Shown here: piece by piece, positions 40,189 to 52,430 of the stretch | How the letters are laid out: each line of letters opens with the position of its first letter | Numbering within the stretch: the first letter of the stretch is position 1 | Origin: Podospora anserina | Taxonomy: Eukaryota | NCBI GenBank assembly: GCA_017654855.1 | Contig: CM030338.1 | Location: 2,728,001-2,792,000, forward strand | Length of the DNA: 64,000 nucleotides | Reading direction: 5' to 3' | The notes under the pieces: generated by a model | Told to the model about the DNA's origin: nothing | Seen by the model: only the letters and a program-made list of their open reading frames with translations | Database searches by the model: none | Made by a program: the position numbers and the translations under genes

Positions 40189-40681
40189 GTTTGGGGTGGT
40201 TTTTTGAGTTTCTTTCTTGGGGGATAAATGGGGGGTATGCGTGTTTGAGGGTGTGTTAATGCGGTAAGGTTGGGTTACTTTGTTAGGTTAGTTGTTTGGT
40301 ATGGGTGAGTGAGTGAGTGAGCTGGGCAATGAGAACAAGACAGTCGTCCGATTCTTTCTCTCATAAGTGAGGTGAATGTTGCTAATGACTCTTGGCTATC
40401 AAAGCAGAATCCAGATGCTCGTATCGCCATTGCTCGTTCTGGAGAATTGAGGTATAAGGTCAGGTCGCTTTGTTATGGAACTTTGTCTGGAATAAAGGAT
40501 TCAGTGATAAACAACAAGAACCGTTCGACTTTTCTTGTTATCAAAAGCAGTGCTGTTATAAATGGCGGAGCGACCTCCCAGGCAGATGAACCAACTCCTC
40601 GCTTGTCTGATCATCTTGGACGTGAAAGTGGGTTTGACCTTGTTGTCTTTATATTGGGACATCGATCGATGAGGAGTGAAG

Positions 40682-41012
40682 AAAAAGCAAAAGCTCACCA
40701 GCCCTGGGTGGGCGGACTACGAAAACCCAGTTGAGAAAGGTTTTACTTTGGGGGAGGGGGTCGAACTCGGGGGCTATCGGTTACAAGCCCCCAGCTCGGG
40801 GAGGTATTTAAACAGCAGCTCCGACATCCTTACCATTTGTCCTGACCACAAGTGTGACGCCCTGGTAAGGATACTGGAGCTGCTGTTGGAAGGTGGGTGG
40901 GGAGAGTGGTGTATATACTCTGGTAGGGGTTGCTCCTCCCTTCTGTTGTTCTGGCTTCTGTTGTTCTGGGTGGAATGACGGTGTCACATGATGGCAAAGT
41001 GTTGATCAACTT
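40682..41012 (-). ncRNA. Dispersed structured Pol III-type/tRNA-derived element, copy 2
   Basis: On the minus strand: TATATA 40917-40912; 25-bp hairpin 40887-40863/40835-40811; GAGTTCGA 40768-40761; T4GCT5 40692-40682; upstream homology with copy 3. Confidence 0.6.
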
Positions 41013-42681
41013 CCAGGTTGCGGCATGGAAAATCATTGTTATTATGGAAGGCTTTGAGTGAGTTGAGCTTGCTGCTTGACCCGCAACCGTCGTGCTTGTG
41101 GTGATTCAGTGCCGTCACTGCCACCACATACCTAAGATACCCAAGGTAGCCTTCCTACATCAGGTACATGTCGAATATACCAGCAGCAACAGTCAAGATC
41201 CCATGAAGTTCCCCGCTCAATATCACAACAAATCTCGATGAAAAGTACGGAACATCACTCAAGTGCATAAACCATTTCGCTAAGACGCTTCGTATACCTG
41301 CATGTAGCTGCCCCCAGAGCGAACAAACCATTACCCTAACTTCCAAAGTGAGGGATGTATCTCTCCCAATGTGGCGTTTCGAAAACAGACTCGGGCAGGT
41401 GGCTGATGCTGATGAAGGACTCGAGAAGAAAGGTGGTGTCAAGGCACAGCCTCCACCAAACACGCCTTCCAACATGATAGGCTCGAAAACATCAAATTCC
41501 AAACTCACCGCCGAGCCTGCTCTAAAGTTATCCTTTGTAGTTTGTTCATCGAGATTCAACTTGAAGTACTCAGGCAAAGCAAGAGCTAATTACATCAACA
41601 CTTCTACTCTCTCGCGACATAGTAGCTTGTCCAACACGATCCCATAAAAGTCTCCCTCCAAGACCCCTTTCCCGCTGAGTAATGTAATCACCTTAAACCA
41701 ACATCGCCATCAAAGCGTTTCTCATCGTCAGCCCAAAAAAGGAAAGTTGCGAGGTTACATTGAAGATGATCTACAAACTCGACACAGTTGACGATGCACA
41801 CCCCGCATAATACCCGGCTTCCTTTCCGGTTCCGAATGAACAAGCTTTTGGGAGGAAGTGCCTAGCGATAAATGGGAAGCTCAAACGTTGGGGACCACTG
41901 CAAAAAGTGCTTCTCGGGGAATTATTTTGTGATTTGCGGTTGGTGTTTTGGAGGTCCAAACGGGACGGGAAATGCAAAAGAGTGAAGGTCAGGGGTCTTG
42001 AGGGTTTTTTAGTTTATTGTAAGCTTACGGGGTGTGATACTAGGGTGATACTGTTCATTCTGATCTCGAAGCAGCGTGCGTTATGGTATCTTCATGTTCA
42101 ATGGCCCGATGTTACATGCTGACTCTAACCTTACCCACAGACACAGCTCCTCTGGCAGTCTATACCACTGTGACAACCTCCCAGAACACATCAAAGCTTT
42201 GTGACTGCAAATGCGGCTAAACACACCGCCTTGCCAACAACCACTCCCGAACCCTGGGATCATCATGCAGTGTATGGCGATCAGGGAGTTCACGATGACA
42301 AAAGAGCATTCTCCATTCGACCGAAAGCACAGCAGCACCGAGATGTCGTTGCGTTGAGGTGTGAGCGGACGGCAAGAAGGTAGGACTTTCTCGTGCGGAT
42401 GGCACATCCCGTGCCGCTGTCACAGTTAGTATCAAACATTAGACGGAAGGGCAGGTAGGTGTCTGTGTGGGCTGTCAGGAGGTTAAACACCCAAGGGTCC
42501 CAGAGCAGAGTCAAAGCTGCCTCCTATCCGTCCTTTCCTGCTCTTCTTCTCCTTAACTCGAGGCACTGCCTTTACCTTCCGTACATATCTTTCCCAATGA
42601 TACCGATACTCGCCTCATTAGTTTCACCAGACCAAACACACCCTACTTGAAGTTGACCATCACCTCAGCAGACACAACAAC

Positions 42682-43476
42682 ATGAAGCTCCCATGCCTAC
42701 CTCTTCACCTCCACCACCACCACCACCACCACCTCCTCCTCCTCCTCCTCCCCCTCACCATCCCATCAGCCTCCCCCCTCCCAGTCACACCACAACCCGG
42801 CCCCTGCCCCCTCCTCCACATCCTCTCCGCCCGTGAGACCACCGCCCCCCCAGGCTTCGGCTCCTCCATAACCCTTACTCAACTCCTCCTCTCAACCTTC
42901 AACCACTCCTCCCCCCCACCCACCCACCCAACCATAACCGCCGAAGCAATAGACTACCCGGCCCTAGGCGCCAACACATCCGAATACGCCGCCTCAGTAA
43001 CAACCGGAACAGCAGCAGTCATCAAACGGCTTTCTACATTCAACGCCCTGTGTCCAGAGACAATACTCATCCTCCATGGGTTCAGCCAGGGAGGGCAGAT
43101 CATAGATGATGCGCTTTGCGGGGTGCCTCATGATTTTACTGGACGAGGAAAACCTGATGAAGATGGGGGACGGGTTGGGAGGCCTTTGGTCAGGAGGGAG
43201 GTGCAGAGGAATATTGCGGCGGTGGTGTTGATGGGGAGTCCGAGGTTTACTGGTGGGAAAAGGAGGGGGGAGAAGGGGACGGCGAAGGTGGGAGGATTTG
43301 CTGCCCGACCGGAGGGGTTCAGCTGTCCGGTGTTTGATGATAGGATGGTGAGTTTTTGTGATGAGGGGGATCCGTTTTGTTCGGATGGGGAGGATGAGGA
43401 GGTTCATGGGGGGTATGGGGAAGTTTATGGGGGGGAGGCGTTGGGGTTTGTGGTTGAGAGGGTGCTGGTTGGGTGA
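42682..43476 (+). CDS. Secreted cutinase/acetylxylan esterase (CE5)
   Basis: Signal-like N-terminus, CP..H..ARET, YPA, nucleophile GFSQG, CDEGDPFC and a downstream His. Confidence 0.9.
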   Translation: MKLPCLPLHLHHHHHHHLLLLLLPLTIPSASPLPVTPQPGPCPLLHILSARETTAPPGFGSSITLTQLLLSTFNHSSPPPTHPTITAEAIDYPALGANTSEYAASVTTGTAAVIKRLSTFNALCPETILILHGFSQGGQIIDDALCGVPHDFTGRGKPDEDGGRVGRPLVRREVQRNIAAVVLMGSPRFTGGKRRGEKGTAKVGGFAARPEGFSCPVFDDRMVSFCDEGDPFCSDGEDEEVHGGYGEVYGGEALGFVVERVLVG

Positions 43477-43499
43477 ACTTGGGTAGAGTTGATATGGGC

Positions 43500-43514
43500 T
43501 TTTTTTTCTTTCTT

Positions 43515-43551
<37 letters not shown>
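43500..43551. repeat. Poly-T tract
   Basis: About 50 nt of nearly pure T. Confidence 0.9.
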
Positions 43552-43552
<1 letters not shown>

Positions 43553-45312
43553 ACTGACTGGCGTTGGTTATGCGTCGCGAATATGTCTGGATGATGGGAA
43601 CTTGCTATCTGAAGCATAGTAGTAATTGGGATCTAAATCTTGGTTCGAGTTGTGATCAACTCGGAAAAGAAGTGTAGTGCCGCCGCTGGATGAACTGTAT
43701 GTATCTCGGATGAATGACTCGAGTTGCTCAACGTCCCGGTGCTCATTGGGTTGAATAGGATTGTGCTTAGACCTATCAAACGGTGATATCAGCATGAGAT
43801 GAACTCAATGGATGATGCACTGCAAACCGATATGAGTGAGTCTCAACCAGAGCCATCCTTGTTCCATAGTCCCCGCCACAAACTCCCACCAGATGACCCT
43901 GACTCGGCCTCAAGATCCGATATCAACGCCGTTGAGCGTTGCTTTTCACAGCCACTATCAGAAATTATCATGATATGGTTTGTATGAATACCCCCAGATA
44001 TTTAGAATTAAATTGATGCTATCGGTTGCAAGCGAGTCCCACGACAACAACCATGCAACGTTCGATTCTCAAAATCCGCTGGAACCTTGATAAACATGGG
44101 TCAAGGACCAGGGAAAGAAACGTTTGCTTGGCATTCGCGGGCATCTGCCCCACACAGTGATGAGTAAGCGAGCAAAGGGAACCACAGGTTCTGCGCAACA
44201 ACACCTCACCACGGCACAATGATCGCAACTTCTATTCGTATTCACCGCCTGTCTGTCATGGCTGACGACGACTTGCGAGAGTCTGAGCGGGCCAGACAAA
44301 AGAGGGCAGCCCCATTGTCAAACAATTGCCAACTCGTGGTTCGGTGGCAGACCAGGCCTGAACCAATCACGAAGCCTCCCGGCACGGGGCACACCATCTC
44401 AACCACACCAGCCAAGGGGGGTGGCCCGCCGCCCGCTCGGGAGGCGCTTTGCTTTTTCTTCACCTCGAGCAAGACATCAACAATGCACATCCTAACCACC
44501 TCACTCGAGCAGGCCAGCATGTGGCTTCCCTGCCTGCTTCCGAGGAAGAGATCTTCGCCATTCACGTCAAAAGATAGCAAAGATAGTGGCGTCCAAGGTG
44601 CCTGTATACCAAGCATCGCCGGCAAGGAGCCAAAAAAAGCCAGGCATTGGTCCCGTCACACGGCTTTCCGCCCACACGCCGCATCTCGTCCTGCCCGAAA
44701 GCATCCCACCCTGCTCGATGCTCGCCGCCGACACACACACCACCTTTTCCACAACACCGGCCGAAGACTCGCCGTCATGATTGGCCAATGCTTGGTCAAT
44801 ATGCATCATGTAGAGCGGTACCTTGAATGTTGCCCGTTTACAGCGTAAATCACAGCGCTGGGTGGCTTGCCTTGTCCGTCCTGAGAAAGGATTGCCGCAG
44901 CAAATCACAGCTCTCCAAGCCAACCTCTCTCGCTTCCAGGATCACACACTCTCTCAAGAGAGAAGAGCGGTGACCAGCAAACGTCCGAAACGATGTCTTT
45001 TAGAGCTTTTCCATGCCAAGCAACGCGGCCTCTTCTTGTTTCCGTCTTGTCGTTGCTTGATCCTTCCAGAAGTCTTGCATAGGCCAAAAGCTTATCATTG
45101 GATGACAACCATTTAGGTAAGCAGGATTGAGAAAAGCTCCGAGACAAAAGAGCCTCGTTTTCGAGAGGGGAAAAAGCCGGGTTGATCTGCAAGCAAGTTG
45201 TCTGGTTTTGCGTCAAGGTGTGCGTGTCTCATATGAAAAGAGAAGGTGAGAAAGAAGGAATCTTTGTCCGGACGAACTCTCCTCTCTTTCTGAATGAAAA
45301 GGCCCGTCATCC

Positions 45313-45651
45313 AAAAAAAAAAATTCAGATGGCGTAACCCGCATGGACACTGAAAACATTTGGATCATAGTGTATGCCCAACTCACTCACATGCAGATGG
45401 TCAAAAACCCAAAGTTGAGCTTGGGACGAGCGGGTAACCGCTCGTCCGGCCGCTTTTACCAGCCTCCTGTGACAAGTTGACAGTGACAGATAGCTGTACT
45501 AGAGAAGTCAATGACGGTTGAGCTGACGTCTAGAGGCATATTCGAGCTTGTCACTCAAAGCCCTCTTCACAAGCCAGCCTTTACCAATCCTCTAGGTCAT
45601 TGGGCACACAGACTCTTTCGATTTTCAGGGTCCAACTGCAGCACCCGAACT
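45313..45651 (-). ncRNA. Candidate ~330-nt structured ncRNA ending in T11 (family unidentified)
   Basis: Nested terminal helices whose transition mismatches are G-U only on the minus strand; internal stems; T11 immediately after the closing stem. Confidence 0.4.
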
Positions 45652-48600
45652 CCTTGCTTCCATACTGACGTACGCACTTTACACTGAACTTGGTTTTTCT
45701 CTCTCTCTCTCTCTCACTCTCTCTCTCTTTGGATCAAATCACGGACATTCTCTTTGCTGACAGTGCCTTACATGAAAGCATATGTTTCTGTAAGGTAGAG
45801 TTTCAGATCCCACTGTGCAACCATGTCCCCCCCACTCTTTACCAACCTGTTTTGAGAGCTTGCAGCATACTCTATTCATACAGAGCCAGATTCAATTTGT
45901 TGTGAAGACGGCTGGGCTGTGTGTGGGGAGTTGTCGTGCCTCCGCCGCACACGCTGAATTTGATCCTTTTCTCAGAACGGGAGATCTTGTGCCGCACGCC
46001 TGCTGGATGCGCCCCCCTTATTCTGGAGATTGGACGGGGAAAATATTGGGAGAAACTATTAAAGGGTTGGCATTCTGCCCGGTTTCGATGTTGGGTTATC
46101 TATCTTCAGCTTCGGAAAAAGGTTGGCTTGGGCTAAAGTCTTTCTTGATCTTGGGTTGTTTGGGTAGGCCTCGGTCTGATCGATCTTGAATGTTCAGGAG
46201 TGCATAGCTATAAGCCCCACAAGGAGACGACGTCAAGGATGGTTATGGATTTGCAATGAAAATGATGGGGATAGTCGGAAGGATTTAGTGTAGGGCGGAG
46301 TTATGATGTTGGTAAAGTTCAAGAGAGCGATATGAAAAGCGAGCCCCAGATGTGCCTCTCTTGGCAGGTAGGGCTGTTGGCCGTTGTTGTTGTTGTTGAT
46401 TGGCATTATAAAGGGAAAAAGAAAATCGCGAGGCTCTTGTTTATTATGTCTCTCTTTTTCTTCCTCCGCCCACGAGCGGCACTGCACAGAAAGCAAAAGA
46501 AAAGGGGGAACAAAGTTGTTGTTGATGGCCGAACGCGACAGGTGCCACGCCACACCATCGCCGACCCGAGAGGGCCTTCCTTGCTGCATTCAGTCATCAT
46601 CGTCGTGGATGTATAAAACATTATTTTATACATGCAGTGCAAGTGTTTGCAAGTTGCACATGCAACTAGTGAGGCTCATTAAAACCTCCTGCCGTCTCCA
46701 TGACTTGAGTTTCCTGATCTGATTTGTGGAGCTTTGCTTGCCCATCAACGGTGGGTGTGGAGAACGGTTTGACTTTCAACACTGTGTTGGCAAAGTGGAA
46801 ACGAAACGCGAGGCGCGATTGCCGAAAGAGAGCGTGACTGCAGGTTTTTGAATGGAAAGAGGTTATAGTGTGTACATGCGATGCGACTCTGGAAGAGAGA
46901 GCTTGGAAGATTGCATATGCGAAAGGCAATAATATCGGCGGGATAATGTTGAATAATAACCTTAATAAAACAAGAGATAGCAACGGCCGGTGCCTTGTCC
47001 ACGTTGGGCAGGTTGGTTCCGTGACTGGGCATTTCCCCAGGCAAACAGACCGCTGACACATTCACATTGCTCTTTGGAGGAAGAGAGGAAGAGGAAGAGA
47101 GACTATCTCTGCTTAACGGTTTGACCAGAACGAGAAATTGGAACGGGGCGGTGGTCCATCCAGCAATCCACTGGGGCGATGAGGAATAAATTCCGGCTCC
47201 ATTCCAGTTGATACTCACGGGCAGTGACTGAGATGGAATAGGATGAACACAGTAGCCAGCAACAGGCAGCGGCTTGAAACATATACACTGGGAAACTTCT
47301 TTCTGTGAGCACTTCGTAGTGTAGCTTCTGCAAGGAGACGTGGATGGATTTATGCACAAAAGCCGTGTAGAGTCGCCTCGGTGGGCTCGTCGCAAGGAGA
47401 TGGGAAGCCCCTGGCACCCTTGCACGGCGACATTTGGCCTGCAGCATGGGCCCTGCTAGCGCGCCTTGGGTCAATGCTCGTTCCTCCCTCGCTGGCCAAT
47501 GGGCGAAGATGGGGGGATCAACACATGGCCTGAGGGAACAGAGGAGGAGCTTTGGGTCCGAGGTTTAGGAGGTTGGAAATAGGTGGGGTGAAGACAGACA
47601 CAGTATACATTGACAGTTTGCGTTGCTGAAACTGAGATCTGAGATTTCATGAATCGAACAGAAAGTCAAGATATACTAATGAGAAACGGTAGTAGTAGGT
47701 AATTAGATCGGATATTGATTTCTTAGTCTGGGTAGGTCAGACTGTACTGTATGAATAGCCGGTGGGTGGAGTGTCTTGGTTCTTGGCCGGCGCCCGATGC
47801 ACGGAAAGAGGCCGACTCGTTCCCTCCTGGTTCTGGCGTGCACCGCCGTCCTAAGCCGTTGCCCTGTCTCAACTAGTCGCTGCACGTCTGGCCTCCTCCA
47901 GACAGCCCACGACAGGAGACACCAGAGGAGAACTTCCCTAGGTTCCTCACATTACACCCAAATCCCATTCCCAAGTCGCCTCTACCCCCAATCCCCCCCT
48001 CTATTCCCGTCCCATCACTCTTTCTTTCCCACCTCACCGAACCGACGACACGCCCCGGCCCCCCGATTACGAAATTTCCTTTTTTTTTCGACACCACGAC
48101 CTTCGCCCTTCTGTGCCTCGCCGTGTTTCGAGAAAGCGCCCCTTCCACCCTTTCACCTTTCGATTCGCGTCCGCCTTCTACAAGCTCCCCATCTTGGCCT
48201 CTCTCTTTTTTTTTTTTCGTCGTTAACGTCCCAACTCGAAATCTCAGTCTCGCTCGCCCGTGTCGTCTCATAGCATCTTGTCTCTGGGCTGTCTGTTTGC
48301 TTGTCTACTACGCATCTCTTTCGTTCTCGGTTCGCTATTTGTCCTCACGCAGAAACGAACCACACACAGAAAAAAAAACATTGACCACGCCGTCTGCTCG
48401 GACCAGCTTGCTCCCAACTCCCATCCGATAATTCTGGCCCTCCCCGATGTCCCGTCTCCAGTAACGGCCGAATTTGCAGTTGTCAGTCGTGACGCGGCAC
48501 TGCCTCTACCCCATACTCCTTTCCCTCAGTCTGCGACTCCCGACGGGTTGTGACCGGGCTTGAGACCGCCAGACCAGACAAGAAAGTTCACGGTGACAGT

Positions 48601-49087
48601 GGGCTTCTTCTTCAGAGACGGACAACGTCATCTACCTCCCTCTTTGGCCGCCGGGCGACCTTCAGTTCTATAGTGTCACCATCGTTGAAAAAGGTCTTCG
48701 TACCACCATACACGGGGCCTCGATTTATTTGAAAAGGCTCCGTTCTTGTCAACGCAATTGGCAGGTGAGTTCGATGCTGGGACTTGTCGTCCCCCCCATT
48801 GATCAGCACAATTGCAAAAAAAACGTGGGGGTCACCTTGCCTTTTTCAGCAAACACACATTTCTGTCCTCAGTTGAGCTACACACTTTGCCATTGTCTTT
48901 TTCCCGAGCCTCTTGATGAATGGTCTCGCTGACAGACTCCATGCAGAAACCCTGCCTTAATACTTTCGTTCAACCTCGCAATCTGCTTGTCAAAGTTTGA
49001 GCACCGTCGGGCAGCTCATCTCTCCGAGACTTTGAACAAGAACATCCATCTAGTTCTGCCTTGGATCTGAACAGATCTCCAGATATC

Positions 49088-51776
49088 ATGGCCGCACTGG
49101 TACAAGGATATCCACAGCAATCTGGGACAGTCACAATGCTTCAGACCAGACCGGCCTCAGCCTCGGGCATGCTGCCAGTTCAGTCGAATGCGCAATATGC
49201 TCAGGGTGGAGCTCATAGAAATAGTATCCACGGCTTGCCCACAGGAGTGGCTTCTCCTGTGGTGTACCGTGGCGGCTCAGGGTCTGTCCAACCTTATGCC
49301 TACACAGGCACACCCAGCCTTAATCCGACGACACAATGGCAACAGGTCAGGTCACACCGGACATCATCCTCGCCAGCAGTGCCGACTATCCAGACGCTGG
49401 ACTATCTACAGCCTGGTGTGGCCCGCTCCCGGTACGCGGCCAGCAACTCCATGACAAACTTGCCTAGTACGGCATCCATCAGTTTGACGGGTGCCGGGTC
49501 TCGGGATGATTCAGCCCTGCCGTCATCAGGAACACGCAGAGCCGGTGCGCAGGCATCACAGATGAACGGAACATCGCTGTCGCCACCGATTGCACAGGCG
49601 GCGCCGCGGGTGTCACCGGAAAGATACAGGAGAACTGCGTTGCGGTCTTCTGACTCGGCGGGCTCGGGCCTAGGGAAACAGCCCCAGGAAACGGCAACCG
49701 CTGGGCGCCCAGGCCACACTCGGAGTGCATCGGATCAAAAGCCTGTGATGCTGCGGACTCCCCAGTTGCACCAGATGAACAGGCCAAACAGCTATATCGG
49801 CTCGGTATCTGGGTCGGCGATTGACGACATGGGGTTTGTCCGCGGTCAGGGACAAGAGGAACCCAGAAGAACTCGCAGACGCAGCTTGCCCGCATTGGAT
49901 TCTGCCGGTTTTTCCACGCCCTTGACCCCGCCCGAGCTTAAGCAGCCGGAACTACCAAGCCGTCCAGATCGACCAGCATCGGCCAAGGTGGCCGAAAAGA
50001 AGAACAACAACCCCAACAAAGCTGCCAAAGCTGGAAGCAACAAGGCCGGCGACAGAAACAACAGCAGCGCTACTACTGATGCCCGTCTTGGCAGCTCGGA
50101 CAGCCGGTCCTCTGGCCGCAGCGCTGGAAGCAACAATTCCAGAGCTTCCTCTTCTGTAAGTGATTTCTGACCTGCATATCTCGTGGCTGCATTGTCCAAT
50201 CACATGTTATGGCGGCAATGTTGGGGGTTGGATCAACCAGCGCTAATCATCTCCTACCACTTTAGTCGGCCAACCGCAGCGCGAAGGCTTCCAACCCCAC
50301 CGGAAACCCCGCCCCGTCTTCCTCCTCGCCTTCTGAGCAGACGGGCAACAGCCAAGATTATCCCCGGCTGGTCAACATTCCCCCACGAAGTTCATCGTCC
50401 GATGCTGCAACTCCGAAGCGTGCCGTCAATTCGTCTCCCCTTTCCAAGGCAATGGGCACGGAGACTGAGAATGGCGTTTCGGCCGATGCCGCCGACAGCG
50501 CGATTCAGGAGGCCGTGAAGCCGACCACGCCTCGCGTCGAGAGTCCGGCCGCCAGGCAGCTGGCTGCCATCAACGAGAATGGAGGGAAGCCAAAAAACAA
50601 GACATCGAGACTTAGGAGAGCCTTCTCCTTTGGTAGCGCGGCAGAGTTCCGGAAAGCGGTACATGCTAACAGCGAAGCCGCCGAGAATGGGCCAGGCAAG
50701 CTCCAGAAGGAGCAGAGCCAGGAGGATGCGTACGAGACGGAACAAGCCCGCATCGCCCAGCGACAAGAAGAGGCTGGCATCGGCAGCAACATCTACGGCG
50801 GCAGACTCTTCTCGGGATCGACCGATAACCTATCAATCTCATCAACGGCATCCTCGGCTTCGATTATGATTCGGAAGATGGGTCGTGGAATGAAGAAGGG
50901 CGGTCGTTCCCTTGTCGGCCTTTTCCGGCCCAAGTCCATCATTGGTGTGCCGGCCGCCGATGCCAGGATGCCCGAGGCCATGGAAGCTACCGTCTCCATG
51001 GTCAATGTCGAGGCCGAGCGCGAGCGTGTCAATGTGAACGCCGACCCTCGAACGCAAGCTGGTGGCGGTACCGGCTTCCCCCGTCTCGAGCGAAATTCCA
51101 TCGACGCCGCCAATGTACCCACACTCGAAGCGGACCCACGATCTAGCACAGGCACAGACAGCTCGGCAGCACGAAAGAGCATTGTTGGCGGTGAGAAGGA
51201 ACGTGCCGAGGTCTTGGCTGCTGTCCGAAAGGGCATCTTGAAGAGTACGTTTGTTCTTTTCCGGTGAAGAGGCATGTTGCTAACATTGTTGCTTTAGAAG
51301 ACCGCAATGGCTCCGCCAGCCCATCTCCACGCGGTACAGAACCGCCTCATGCTCCTAACGTCACCGATTCCCCTACCTCCAGCGCTCCCAGCACCCCCAA
51401 TGATGAGCAGCAAGGACACAGACGGACTGCGCCTGTCGCCATTGGCAGTGAGGATTACTTTGTTTCGGCCCTCCGTCTCCGCCAGGACACCAAGAGCGCG
51501 CCCGGAACCCCTCAGGGCAGCCTGAAGCGCAACGCCACCTTCAGCCCCCGCATCATCACCTTTGAGACATGGCCGAGCGGGGAGTACGATCGCCGTGGTG
51601 ACATCGCGACGTGCAACCGCCTGACGCCAATGCTTGCTCAGCAGATCAAGGAAGAGCTGAACACATTCAAGATGGTGGGTCTCCTACTGATTATTCGAGC
51701 GATGCATGAGATGCTAACAACCAACCAGGAGATGGAGGTTCACGAAAACTCCAAGATTTACACGCATTTCTTCTAA
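49088..51776 (+). CDS. Bni4-like/PHACTR-type PP1-binding protein, 4 coding exons
   Basis: C-terminal TWPSGEYDRRG...LTPMLAQQIKEELNTFKM|EMEVHENSKIYTHFF; introns at about 50156-50265, 51246-51297 and 51675-51729. Confidence 0.8.
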
Positions 51777-52370
51777 TGATTCAAGACGAATGGCCCGCAC
51801 CCCTTTCAAGCACAGCAGCACCTCTCTCGGCTCGATTCTCTTTTTTCTGCACCAAGGGCGGCGAAGATGACCTCCCGTCGTGTATTTGACCAAAGGATTT
51901 GCACAATTCCCAGGCGTTTTTCTTTTTCTCTCTCATGGGACAAAGCATAGTAAGGTGTCATGGCGTTGATTTAAGTCTTTTTTTCTTGTTCTCACATTGA
52001 TCTCGACAAACTTTTTTGTTTCTCTTTATTTCCGTCTAGAATCTGGCACACAGCAGCACAGCGAAATTTAATTACAAGCGGGGTATGGGGGTGAATACGG
52101 CCACGGGTTCACCTTGATCCTTTTTCTTATTTTCCTAAACAAAATTATGTTTCTGGTTCATTCAACGAAGTGGGGAGAAGTGTGCGTGTGTGCGTACGTG
52201 GTTGAGAGTTGAGTACTGTCTGTCAGCGAAAGCGAAGCGAATTGTATCTTTAACAAGCAGAGATGTGGCTAGAGGTGTAAGGGTTGATGGGTGATGAGTG
52301 ATGTTGAAAGACAGAAGACAGCGTGAAGTTTTTTAATAGATGTGTCTGGTGTTTTGACCGGGGGGGGGTG

Positions 52371-52430
52371 GGGGGGATGGTGTTGTGAGGAGGTGGATGG
52401 TGTTGTGAGGAGGGGGATGGTGTTGTGAGG
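52371..52430. repeat. 20-bp minisatellite x3 (core GGATGGTGTTGTGAGG)
   Basis: Three tandem near-identical units. Confidence 0.85.

Noticed and set aside
40761..40810. Twister-ribozyme-like CGGTTACAAGCCC on the antisense strand of the repeated element
   Set aside because: The UAA cleavage motif is absent, pseudoknot pairings are not conserved across copies, and the G-U pattern and terminator favour the other strand.
41155..41800. ORFs of 99-140 aa next to element copy 2
   Set aside because: No recognisable homology, and no transposase or RT motifs.
44157..44287. Box C/D snoRNA-like motif pair
   Set aside because: No guide could be assigned by eye, and such motifs are expected by chance.
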